A DNA stretch of 60,492 nucleotides, filler included, from Dirinaria sp. TL-2023a (GCA_051941275.1; 5 parts of 5 records of this genome joined end to end with filler, not necessarily neighbours in it); one strand, 5' to 3'; counted from the first letter of the whole stretch, positions 1 to 11,764 are shown. Translations and numbers: made by a program. Notes: generated from the sequence alone by a model not told the origin.

Positions 1-1312
1 CCATTCCATCCCTCCATCCATAATCTCCACTGCAAACCTGTCATGTTCGTAGAACAATCACTTAATCAAAAACCCTCATTTATGTATGAACACCTCCCTC
101 CCCGTGCAGATCTCCTTATTCTCTCCATATCCTAATACTAATACTAAATTAAAATTAGAAGTATATAAGCAAACGAACAACAAGAAGAAGGAGGGAAAAA
201 AGAAGAAAAACATATCATCTTAAAACGTGAACATTCATTGAATCTTTTTTTTTTCTATACATAGGTGTCTGGAAAATTATGTATGTATTTAAGGATAGTA
301 TACATGGAGTGTCGCTTAGAACAGGAGAATCCCTTTATTTCTCTCTCTATTCTTAAATTGTAATACTCCTCTGATCTTCACGACACTTCCACCGCACCAC
401 AACAACCCAACGGATCAAATAAATACCTCACCTTATCTTTCAAACACACTCTACTTAAAACCTAGTTAGTTGATGGTTTTCCATGAAAAGCAGAGCCGGC
501 AGGCTCGAGAGAGTGAGTGGAGAGCAAAAGTTGATAAACAAGCAGATACTTAGAACCAGATGCACATCGAAAATCTCTTGAATTTCTTAAGAAGAGCGTC
601 TTTGTTCTTTGTAAGGTACATAAGGCTTATTCATCAATATAGAAAGAGAATTAATAAGAATAAATCAAACGCCAAATGCGTCAAAAACAAAAGCGCTGGA
701 TGGGTATCATTCCGAAAAAAAAAAGTAGCGCGAAACAACAAATCCTCAAACGCTCATCGTAACCCCAATCGCTTACCCAGACCGAACTCCATGTTATTGA
801 TTAATAAGACTTTCTCAACTCTTCTACCCCAGCTGCTTCTTCGCTAGCCTTTATATCGTCAGTACTATGTTCCTCACATAATATTGGCGATATATATTCA
901 GACGAAAAGCGTGGAAAGAGTGTTCTCGAGCAGCTGCAATGGCGCGGTGTTCTCCCCATTAGGTCCGGATTCTCCCTCCGATTTGCCGGCACGCGTGCTC
1001 GAGCCCGCGCAAGGATGGGGATACAGGATATGTCTACCGAGAAAGGTGGCTCTGTGGGTCTTTTTGAGCTGGCTTCTGAGACCTTGGACAGTATCCCATA
1101 GTGTATAGTCCGTGGAGGACGAACAGGGTTTCTCTGGTGTTCAACCGCCAAACTGAGGCCATTAGCTTCCATTATCCCTTAACTGCATGTATGACACCTC
1201 TCTAGGGAAATAATTCTTTGTTTTGTAATCCAGAACGGTCAAATATGCTGACGGCCTGAAGACAAGCCAGCGTGCCAAAAATTCTCAAGAGCACTGATGG
1301 CAAAGATAGTAC

Positions 1313-4300
1313 TCACCAGCTCAACCTTGTAAGGATCACGTTCAGCGACGTCTGAGACTCCTGCAGACGCTGTAAAATCATCATCACCGTGCGCTTCTTT
1401 CTCATCCACCTCGTTCTTTCCGCTAGACAATTCACTTCCAGCCACTCCAATGTCCTTTTCAGCTCTGCGAGGGTGGTCATACAAGAAGCCAAGTCGGTCT
1501 GGATCTCGAGCATGACGAGCGGGGTAAGCGCCGTGGAAGCTATAACTGTCCCGTTCATGAAACGGTGCAGCTGGCGAAGACAGGCTACAATGCTTCTGAC
1601 CTCCGTCATGATGCATTGTGCAGAATTGTCTTCCTTCAGACTCACCATTCTCCAGCCAATGTGCTCTGCTATTGTCAATTGCTTCTGGATATCCTTCAGA
1701 GCGGTACACTGGTCGTATGAGACATCCCAAAAGATTTGCTGAAGCCGAGCGTCTCTCTGGCCGAGCAGCGATCCGATCAAGAGCCTGTTTCTCGTCTTGA
1801 AGGCTGGAGACTCTAGCACTCTCAACCAATTTTCTGTCTCCGGAGTGAGGAATTCACGATCGTCCTCTTTGGTGTATCCGTCCTCATCATACCATAGTAT
1901 TTTGCTGCATACATCGGGTCGAGGATTGAAATGAATGCGGCGAAGATGTGCAGCGGCATTGTAGTAAGCACCGTAGTTTTCCTTCGGGGTGTAGCGAGCG
2001 CCCCGAGGCAGAAATGCCCTGTCTCTGACGGCGCCACTGCGGAGTATTGCAGCGAATTTCGAGGTGAGATACAAGTCTTGATCCAGAGTCGGAAAAGTAC
2101 CATAGGAGACGTCATTGCCACCCGAGTGGGCTCGTCTGACATGGCGACGTAATTCATGTTTCCCTCGAAAACGATATGGCATGTCCTCACACTGGGGACA
2201 TTTGACCCATTTGAAGTGCTGGATGGCAGATAACTGCCAAAAGGATGGATAAGCTGAACTTTGCTCGAGACTAGCTTTTGGCCTCTTTCCAATTGGTATC
2301 ATGATATTTTGCGGTGTGACAGAATTGTGGTACTTCATGAGCGGTGTAGAGTCCGTGTCGTGAAGCATTAACAATGCATTAGCTACCGAACTGCACCTCT
2401 GGTTGAATTTCTCCAAGCCAAAATTTGGGCAGTTGGTGGCTGTTACATATGCAAATTCGACATCCGCAGGACTTTGGTAATCTTGGAAGCCGGAGAACCG
2501 GCCCAAAGAAAAGTTGCCGGCGAAAGATTCAGTCAGAAGGGGCCTTTGCAGATCTCTATTCTCGAATTCCAAAGCCAGCTGGGTGGGTTGAGAAGCCGGC
2601 GGAAGCTCCAGAGAGCAGCTCCAATTCACTTCATGGCCGGGATGCCGCAGGGATGCAAATAATGAGGGCAGTCGTCGACGTTTCGATCCACCTACATCAT
2701 CTACATTTTCACGTATTTCAGTGAACTTACGCTTTCGCTGACTCCAGGGCTGCTGATGAATTAAAACCGTCGGTGCTACTCCGACGTCAGCAATGGTCCT
2801 CAGTGCATCAGATCTCCGCCACTCTCGTCGCGCAAGACGATCTTTGCGTATGTTTTGCTTTAAACCCTCACTCAGTGCGGCTTTGCGGCTTTGTGTCCTC
2901 CCGGTCGGCAACGTCTCCGAGGGCCATAGAATCTTTTGCGTCAAAGTCCGACAAACTCCAAGGCTTGGGCCGGGGGCCCAGCCATGACATCTGGTGTGGT
3001 CTCTATCGATTCCGGGTACATCATAGGGACTCCATAAGAGGCATTTTGAAATTGTAGCCTCACGCATTGATGGGAGCATTGGATCCATGAGCGAAACCTC
3101 GCACCGACTGACTGAATCCGAGACTGCTTCAGGGCATCTCTTCGGCTTTTGAAGGGTACGTTGCCGATGATGACCGAGCCATAGCTGGTGGCGTAGCAGC
3201 ACCCTCGAGATCCTGGGCTGGTTCGAGAAACCGGCGATAACGATACCAGGACCAATGTAGAAAAAATACGGACTCATGGCACAGCCAAAAGCATCCAGAC
3301 TGCGAGAATAGACGATAGTGCAAATCGTCAATAAGAGTAGCGCGGGTATGTTAGTATGACGCTGTATCGAAAATGATGATTGTTCTATGTCACCCGCTTG
3401 ACGGCCTTGGGAAGGGCCTTGGTGGGACTTGGCGAACCATCTGCCTTTCTTTATATGCTCAATGTCTTTCATTATTGCCTGCTCTTTAGCTCGTGCGATT
3501 GCAGGAGCTTCAGCTTCGAATACGCTCACGGCTTTGTTTCGCTGGCGTTGGTTGCCAGTGATGCGATTGAATTGCTTGGCCACCAGCACATCGACAAGGA
3601 CACTGCCGAGGTTGAAAGATAGCAGACTAGATGATGTCAAGCTCGGAGGGCCACCAATGCCGAGGCAGGATAATGTCATCCCGGAAGTTGCTGTGGAGTA
3701 TAGCTGTAGGTAGATGCGCCAGGACGCTGAGGCGAGCCAGCGTCGGTCTCCAATGGGAGGAAGAATGGGAACACCTTTGTCGGGAAAGATACCGATATAT
3801 ATCATTCGATTTATAATGAGAGCAATAGACGCAAGGACCGTGACGCCGATTCTATCTATGCGATCAGTAATTTCTGAAACAGCCGACAGAGGTTGCGAAT
3901 TTGGCAAAGTTGGGATTTCTTCTGGAAGGGTGATGATATCGGCGTCAGCAAGCTGCATATCAATCTCACCAGTCCATAGCGTCGGTTGAATACCATGACG
4001 ACGCTCGATGTCAGCGAAGACCTTGTATGCTGGGATGATGTACGCCATGCCAGACACAGGATCACCAGCCACGATGTGACCGTAGATATCGCCTGTGTCG
4101 GCATTGACGACCCAGGCACCGCAATCGCCAGGCACTAATAGACCAGTTAATAATGCATATCATGCCAGTGTACGTAGAAGCCGACCGAGAATGATGGTCT
4201 TGTATTAGGGAGCTTACTTGTATCTCTTTCTAGCCTAACAGGCCACATCTCCTGGCAAGTGCGGGAGCCATGCATCCTGATATAGTATGGATTTCCAATA

Positions 4301-5754
4301 ATGATCCCTTTCACTAGCCCTGTCGTACCAGTGACAGCCCACACTGTGCTTTCCTCTACTTTTGACGCGATTGCTCGTGGAAAGAGAAACTGCGGGCTTT
4401 CGTGAGCGCTCGCTGGTAAAAGGATCCTATTCGGTTTCTGATATACGACGTCATCGACAGGTACACATTCGTAATCCAGGTCGTTCAAAGTATCATCAGA
4501 AACAAGTGTGGCAAATTTGATCGGTCCGCTCTGCTGTCCGTGCGGAGCATGCAGCGCTGCCCACTCAGCTTCCGAGAAAGCAACCGATCCTCGTATTGAT
4601 GTCCGACACGACGATGAAGCTGATGTCGCTGGCGTTGAGAATACGGCATGGTAAGTTTCGAACAGACTGTCCTCATCTGACTGTGGGAAGGATGTGTCGT
4701 CCATATCGGAAGGCGAGGACGAAGAGACACTAGCTTTACGACACACCAGCACAGTCAGCGATGATCGATAGGAAGCACAAAGCCAATCAAGAGTCTCAAT
4801 CCTTGATACATTGATGCCAAAAGTGGCTGCAGAATGCTTTCGATAGGAAAAGAGATTACACGTGTAAAGAGAGAAGCATGTTGGTGAGATGATTAGAGTC
4901 TCATGAGTATCATCCGCAAGGACTCATCCTCGATAATAGTCAGGAAACGACCTACCTGTACTCGTAATCTCTGCCAGATGATCATCATCATCAACATCGC
5001 TATCCTCGTCGAATTCTAGTAATTCATCTTTGGTAGGGAGTGTTTCGACGTCTTCATCGTGGTAATCAAAGCGGGGATGTTGAGGAATGAGGGCATGACG
5101 CTTGCCATTGAGCATTACCAAGCCCATCATGGTAGCAATCTTTGAGTCTCCAAAGGAGATCTGGGCGCCAAACGGTTCTGAGGAGGGGTCGGTCATGAAT
5201 ACGTCCAGTCCGCTTTGACCCACGCGAGAAAAGTCGGGGGCCAGTGCTGCTGCTTGATGGACCGCGGGCATCTTGTCTAGCGTCTTGATGGAGACCCCGG
5301 GGTATTCTTTGAGTAGTCCACTTTGTTCAAGGAGTGTCTTTGCGTATATTCGTTGGCGTCGACTTTTTGAGCTGAATACAATGACTGGTTGCGCCGAAGA
5401 AGGCCTACTTCCTACCATCCACATGTTGAAAGAGGTTACCCTAGGCTTAGGCTCCCCTTGCTCAAGCAACTCCTGATTGTCTGCCAATAGCTTGCCAATA
5501 GCAGGGGCGACCTTATTAAACACATCTAGCGCCGGCCCTACGACTTCCCAGCATTCGGTTCCTTTGAATTTCAATTCACATGGCCGGCCGACAGATTGCT
5601 CTGGATCCGACCAACTCTCCTTCCTCGTATTAAACAGCATTGTACTAGATCGGACGAGGGAAGGTAAAGACGCTTTAGCGTGATCCGTCAAGGATTGACG
5701 AAATGTCTGCCTGCGAGATAGTGGAGGAGCGGCCATTGATGACGATTGAGTCAT
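1313..5754 (-). CDS. Large multi-exon trypsin/chymotrypsin-fold peptidase-like protein (putative His-Asp-Cys triad) with a mosaic C-terminal region, ~1,380 aa
   Basis: Three ORF-track ORFs join in frame through introns 4955..4734 (GTAGGT, branch GCTGAC, AAG) and 4217..4135 (GTAAGC...TAG). Motifs: ALIPQHPRF (His 5077-5079), DLDY (Asp 4474-4476), MPGDCGAWVV...IYGHIVAG (Cys 4121-4123). A GTGAGT donor at 1316 suggests a possible short extra 3' exon (1255..~1162), so the 3' end is uncertain. Confidence 0.7.
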
Positions 5755-6247
5755 AATAAGCGCGCTACGCCCAGTACTTGAGGCAGGCCAGAGAACAGGT
5801 AGAAAAGAAAAGGAGAGGGCATTGGGGAGTTATGAGCAAGACCGGACTTGACCTGGACGAGGCAACGCTGCATTGGCGACAAGGCATTTTTCTTGCCTTG
5901 GCTGGTTGCCACCCAGAATGCAGCTTATGAGTAAGTCAGGGCTTGAGTAGCAAGCTCAGCTGCCATCGTAGCGACAAGGGCCAGAAGGACCAATCGAAAG
6001 GTGAGGCATGCAATCAATGCTCCTCTGGTACGCCGACATGCCCTCGAAGTGTGGAGGCGCAGCATTGCAGAATGCCAAGTCAAAGCAGTCGCACCCTGGG
6101 CAGCGAGGCGCCTCGAGAATGAAGTGCATGACAACGTGACGGGAGATGCAGAAAGCGGTATTAATTCTGCGTGCTCTCTCTGACTTAGTTATGGGTACTT
6201 TTACTTCCATCAGGTTCCATCAGGAGTGGTGAGTCGGAGTCGGAGTC
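5755..6247. promoter_or_regulatory. Putative bidirectional promoter of the protease-like / membrane-protein pair
   Basis: 493 bp between two divergent ATGs (5754 on -, 6248 on +). Function is inferred from position only. Confidence 0.5.
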
Positions 6248-7408
6248 ATGCCTGTGAAGAACCATAATCTTGCAGGGCAAGACCTCCTTTCCCGGCCCGT
6301 CGCGTCATCCGACCTGTCCCTGCCAATACGCCAAGCCCTGGCCAACGGCATCTTCCAGACGACCCTGACTGCGGACGATTTTGCATCACGTGACAGCGGG
6401 CTCCAGGCGTGGTTCAGTGATTGGTTCGAAGAGCAGTGCGAAGCAGCAGCCACTCAAGTCTCCGCATCGACTCACAACGATCTCCTACAAATTCTCAACT
6501 ACCTCCAGTCACGCGGCACTTTTGCCTCTCGTGCTGACATCGCCGACAAGCTCTGCACAACATCTTCCGCAACGAGGCCTGCTCTAGGCCTGAGTCCCGA
6601 TGACGAACGGCTCAACGCATCCCTCACGCTTGCCGCGAGGATATGGTTGTCTGTATCGATTGACTCGCTGCAACGCTTCACGACGCCCGGGTATTTCGTA
6701 TGCTGGGATAGGTACCAGTCCCTGTCCGAGGCAGTAGACAAAGAGTTCTTCTCCAAAGCGCAGACCACGGAATCGGTCAAGCTACCCAAGGTCTTCACAG
6801 CAGCGAACCTCGAAAAGATTGCCGGGATCCAGGTGCAATGGACGAGCAATTTGGCCGACCATCTCGTGTTGAAAGATGATGACAAAAAAGTCATGCTGTT
6901 CCATCAAGCTTCATTCCTGGAGCTGTCGAAGCAGTCGAAGAGGTAGGACTGCGCTTTCTGATCACGCGCAGCGCTTTTTTACAGCCAGATAAGAACTGAC
7001 AAGGGCCACAGAACCTTGCTCAAGGATGATTTGATCGAGGAGACCCTCCGAACCTTAGGCCTCCTCATACCCTCGAACGACCCCCGCTCTCAAGCATGGT
7101 TTGAAAAGAAGCAGAGAGGCTTGTCTCTCGACTCGAAAGCTGGTTCGTACGGCTCTCTCAATGCATCCGCGAGGCAGATCGACCAATTCCACTATTGGCG
7201 AGATCGATTGGTGGTGTTAAAGCAGGCCTTTGATGATTCCGAGCCGAATACTCTTGCTTCGTGGTGGTACGATGACAGGAAGAAGGTGCAATGGTATACC
7301 TTCTGGGTTGCTGCGATGGTGCTGTTGCTGACCGTGGTCTTCGGGCTAATACAGTCCGCTTCGGGTGTTGTTCAAGCATGGGCTGCGGTAAAAGCATTGA
7401 GCAAGTGA
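6248..7408 (+). CDS. Fungal protein of unknown function with a C-terminal hydrophobic membrane segment, 363 aa
   Basis: Exons 6248-6942 and 7012-7408 join in frame through a 69-nt intron (GTAGGA...ACTGAC...CAG). Motifs FTAANLEKIAGIQVQWTSNLADHL, EETLRTLGLL, YWRDRL and QWYTFWVAAMVLLLTVVFGLIQ match a widespread uncharacterised Pezizomycotina family as I recall it. Confidence 0.8.
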
Positions 7409-7654
7409 TGGAAATCCGAAGTTCGTGTCTGCTTCAACCTTATAATATATAGCCTTGATACCCCAATGCTTTGACGTCTTCACAACTTGTCTCAGTTCAA
7501 ACTAGAGAATAGTTAAAAAATCTAGGTATGTATATACTTCCAAACCTATACCTACATCTGATCCGTCTACAATATGCCATGATCAATGCGCTGGGACAAG
7601 CGCAAACCCAATGCAACCTGCCAACGCCTAACGTCGAATATTGACATCAATGCT

Positions 7655-9855
7655 TCAGTCCTCGAGCAATTTCCCCAACCTAACTCTAGTAGGGCTTCCC
7701 CTTCCACTTCTCCGTCCGTCCAGGCCCACGAGCCTCTCCCGGCTTTCATTCCTTGAGCCCACGCCACCCACCAGTCCACCTCTAATTCCTAGTCCGAGAC
7801 TTTGCCCACTGGAATCGCTGCTTTCGCCATCGCCACCGTCGGCATCCGCGAGCTCAAATTGGTCGGTCGCGTTACCATCTTCCAACACCCTCTCATAGGC
7901 CCATCCAGTGGATGAGGAGCGGAAAATGGAAGGAATTTTGGAAGCGCCGGGCTTGCGGTGCCTAAGCGTCGAAGCTGTATGCAAGCCAATCCGGCGGTAA
8001 AGCCGTTGTCGACGTTCACGCCCACAAAGTAGAAAGCCAGCAAAGCAGAGCATCAGGACGAAAAGCAGGATACCGGGAATGCGTCGTGGTGTTTGTTCGA
8101 GGAATAGTGTATCGCGCCACGTTTCCTCTTCATTATCAGGCATAATGGATGGGCCGTCTGTGAGGGTCTGGTTTACTGAAGATGGCACAGAAGCGATCTT
8201 AGGCCCTGCATATTGGAAATCCGTGGGAAGGCCTCCGCCACGGCTATTGGTCCCGAAGCCCACTGGGAGTGAGGCATCCAGTGGCGGTATCTGTGATGAG
8301 GCGTAGAGAATCATCTTTCCAAGCGTCCAACTAACCTCTGTATCGTCAATCTTGTCAACAGCTTGGAAAGAATCTGTGTAGCCTTTCTCTTTCGCGCTGG
8401 ATAGGACTTCCTCCGTGCCATTATGACTATCAGGCGTCTCCTCAAGGCCAACTCGAGGGACACCGATCCCCTCATGCAAGAGATTGATAAGCCAGCTAGC
8501 CTTGAAGCAGACCTGGACCGCGGTTTTCTCGTCGACCTTCTTTCCCCACTGATGCTTTTCTATGCCTTCAGCTATTGTTTTCCATTCACCACTACAAAAT
8601 TCCTTGACGCGCTGCTGGTAAGTGTTAAAATCGTACGCTTTGTCCTTGTGGCCCATCTCAAAGACTTCGTGTGTGGTGTGCCAATACTCGCTAACGCCGA
8701 TGAAGTGATTGATATCAAAATCGATCGCAGGTACGTGCACTCCGTGCAGAAGACATGGTTCGTCTTCGCAAGGCGCATCCTTATCTAATAGGGGATAGGT
8801 GCGATGCAAGCATTCCTCAAACTTGCCGTTGCCGATGAGAGTGGGCGTCTTGCCTTGAACAGTCGAGCTGGGGAGTAAGACATCTCCTTGGGTGGTGATC
8901 TTCAATCCTATGGGGAGACAGGGATCCTCCAGCTCTGCCACATCTTTGTTACCGGACTCCTCCAGCAGGGCCTCAACATAGCGTCTTCGTGCTTCATTTG
9001 CACCATATCCGAGCCACGTTGTCACAAATATCCTAGATTCAACAGCCGCTCCGTTTATCGTTCGCAATCTTACTAACTTCAAATCGTCTGCATGCTTTTC
9101 TGATTCGGTGGCGTTCGGCGAGAAAGCAATCTGCGCAGATGCGCCTCCCATATCCAAAAATCCGTAGGTGTGATGTCCTTTGCCGTGCTCATGGTCCTCC
9201 GGGGAATCAAATCCTCCCAATAGATAATTGGCCGCAAGCCACCCGAATAAACCCTCGGTTTCCCCTGATATGACTTGGAAATTTGACTCACAGCTGGTGA
9301 TCTGAAAGTCGGTGTGAGACTTAGCGTATGAGCAGACCTCGGCGAGCAGGTCCTTGCGCTGCGAGTCTGGCAGCAGCCGCATGCCCGCAGTGGCAAGTAG
9401 GAAGATAGGGGTGTCGGGCACGGCATGTTTAGGAACAATGTCGAGAGTATGGTCAAAGAGCTTTTCCAGATGATCTTTTCCGACCAGTCCAGGTTTGGTG
9501 CCGAAAGTGGAGATGCCTAAGCCATTGTGTAAGCGGAAACGTCGCTCAAGCAATGCTCATTTGGACCGACCTGGATGGACTTTCTTCGTCCATTTTTTCT
9601 TGGTCTCGAGCTTAGGCAGCGAGTGCAGTTGAGTCTTGCTTGCTTCGCGGCGAGCTGTGGCGGGATCTAGCCAGCGATAGACATGTGCTCGGGTACCCTG
9701 AGATCGTCATGAACCTTGGTAGCCTACACGTATGAGCGCCACTTCCACGTACCGATGAGCCCGCATCGAGTATTACTCCATAGCGCCCTATGGAAGTCAG
9801 CCACTATGCCTTGCGCAATCTCAACTAACACCTATGAATGCGTACATTTTTCCAT
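7655..9855 (-). CDS. YND1: Golgi apyrase / nucleoside diphosphatase (GDA1/CD39 family)
   Basis: Spliced start MEKWRYGVILDAGSSGTR (ACR1). Also ATAGMR (ACR2), GETEG (ACR3), DMGGAS (ACR4), SWTLG (ACR5) and a C-terminal TM helix (IPGILLFVLMLCFAGFLL). Three short 5' introns. Confidence 0.92.
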
Positions 9856-11117
9856 TTGACCCGATTACTTCGGCAGCATCGCTCGTCTTTCGAGCACAAA
9901 ACGTATGTTACATTCAATCAGCCAGAGATTGACAAGCTGGTGGGAAACAAGGGTGAAACGAGGGACGAGAGCAATGTCAGGGTCGCAAGACTGAGGTGTA
10001 GGAGTGGATTGAGAATACTTTTAGGTGATGAGGTGGTTCTAATGGTACGAGTACGTGAGTCGTAACAGAGAAGTTTTGGCGACAAGCGATAAGAACACGA
10101 TAAATAATTCATCCCGAAAAGGCTAGAGCTAGCGGGACAAGCCGAGTGACGACTCTGTGAAGCATTGAGGGCTCATGTAGGGCTACAACGACGGTATCTG
10201 AAGGCACTGAAGGCACAGTATTATGTTGACCCGTTGCCATGCAATGATACCCAAGCGGTTTATGAGAGGGTAAAGCGTGCCCACCTTACTTATGTAGTCA
10301 TGAACTGGTCTTGGAGACTTGGACTGAATAAAATTTAATTTCAAATGCTGTTAGAATAGTGGCTAACCTTGAAATTGAAGCCTCCGAGCTTTGATCCATC
10401 ACGCAAATTCAAGCCTCAGAGTCATTCAAGGCAGTCGTGGAAGTGATGGCACATTTCGATCAAAGGGCAGAAATTCAATCTATTGATATTTACTAGAATA
10501 CAGCCGTCATCAGCTTTTCGAGATAAAGGGAATAGGAGTGATATGTGCAAAAGCCATGCTATGAAGTCCCCCCAGCTCATCGTAAATACCCGATTCGGAA
10601 GCTCCATGATCTCCTTGCTAAATCACCCAAACCTCCCCCCTGCCATGATTGTGAAACGCAAAGATTGACTCCTTCCCAACTTTCGACATTGCAGACATGG
10701 TATCCTCGCCGCTAGGCCCAAACCGCCGAGATGCAAATGACTCGCTTTCTTTCTTTGTTTCTTTGTTTGTATCGATGAACCGTTTCCATGCTAAACCGAC
10801 CGCGCTAGTAGGAACCACAGATAAGAGAACTCCGAGGACCGCTTCATGCAAGACGTCGCTGCATATCACATCTATAAACGCGGTCCGCAAAACACCATAC
10901 TTGATAAACAGGGTATATTCGTGGGATTTCGACGCCTTACAGTATTCACACCGCTCCAACCGGGGGTATCGTCGACTTGGTTACATAGAGAGGAATGGAG
11001 GCGAGGAAGGTAAATTGAAGAAAGTGCCCCAGGCAAGGAGTGTGTCGTGACCCGCCATACAGATGCAGCTAGCAGTCGTCGGACGTACGGCACAGAGTTT
11101 CCAGCACCGTGAACATA

Positions 11118-11764
11118 CTACCAGCGACGAGCGTAGGTCTGCTGCTGCATCATGGCGGGCGAGATGGAGGATGGAGGGCTGGAAACCCTCATACCAGTGC
11201 TGGGATTAACAATCGGAATGGCATTGCGAGTGCGCAAAGCCGAGGGTTGATGGATCTTCATGGGCTGAGCGTTGCTGGACTGGAAGCCCGTGAGAGGGTT
11301 GTAGGAGTTGTTCGAGGCTGAGGAGAGGGAAAAGGCTGGAGTGACCTGTTGACTTGGCTGAACCTGTTGTTGCAAAGGAGAGGAGTGAGGCGAGCCACTG
11401 GAAAGTGATCCTTCGGATGAAGAAGAATGTATTGATTGCAGCTGATCTACATCAGTTCCATGTCCATGATCGATGTGGAGGTCCCCAGCTGCGGGTTACT
11501 CACATCGTCCTCTGTCAACAGACCAGGGCAAAACTCCAGGTCGTCACCCAGATCGAAGGATCTGCCAGCTTCGAAGCGAAGCCTGAAAGCAGACACCGGC
11601 GGGCTTTCGGTCAGCTCTTTCATGCTGCGGACACCTCGGAATTGGCGGTGGGAGTTTTGGGAGTTGGAGAGGCGAGGGGCTCTCCTCGACCTGCCACCAT
11701 GATGATTGTGCGATGAGGAGTGCGTCGAGGGCTGATGATGCTGCGAGCCATAGTAATACGACAT
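11118..11764 (-). CDS. Conserved ascomycete low-complexity hypothetical protein
   Basis: Two ORF segments joined by an intron near 11502-11443. Blocks RQFRGVRSMKEL, RFEAGRSFDLGDDLEFCP and RNAIPIVNP sit in a Ser/Gln-rich background. Confidence 0.7.

Noticed and set aside
1239..1829. 196-aa alternative-frame ORF overlapping the protease gene tail
   Set aside because: Same-strand alternative frame with no motifs; the main frame carries the HeLo-like pattern.
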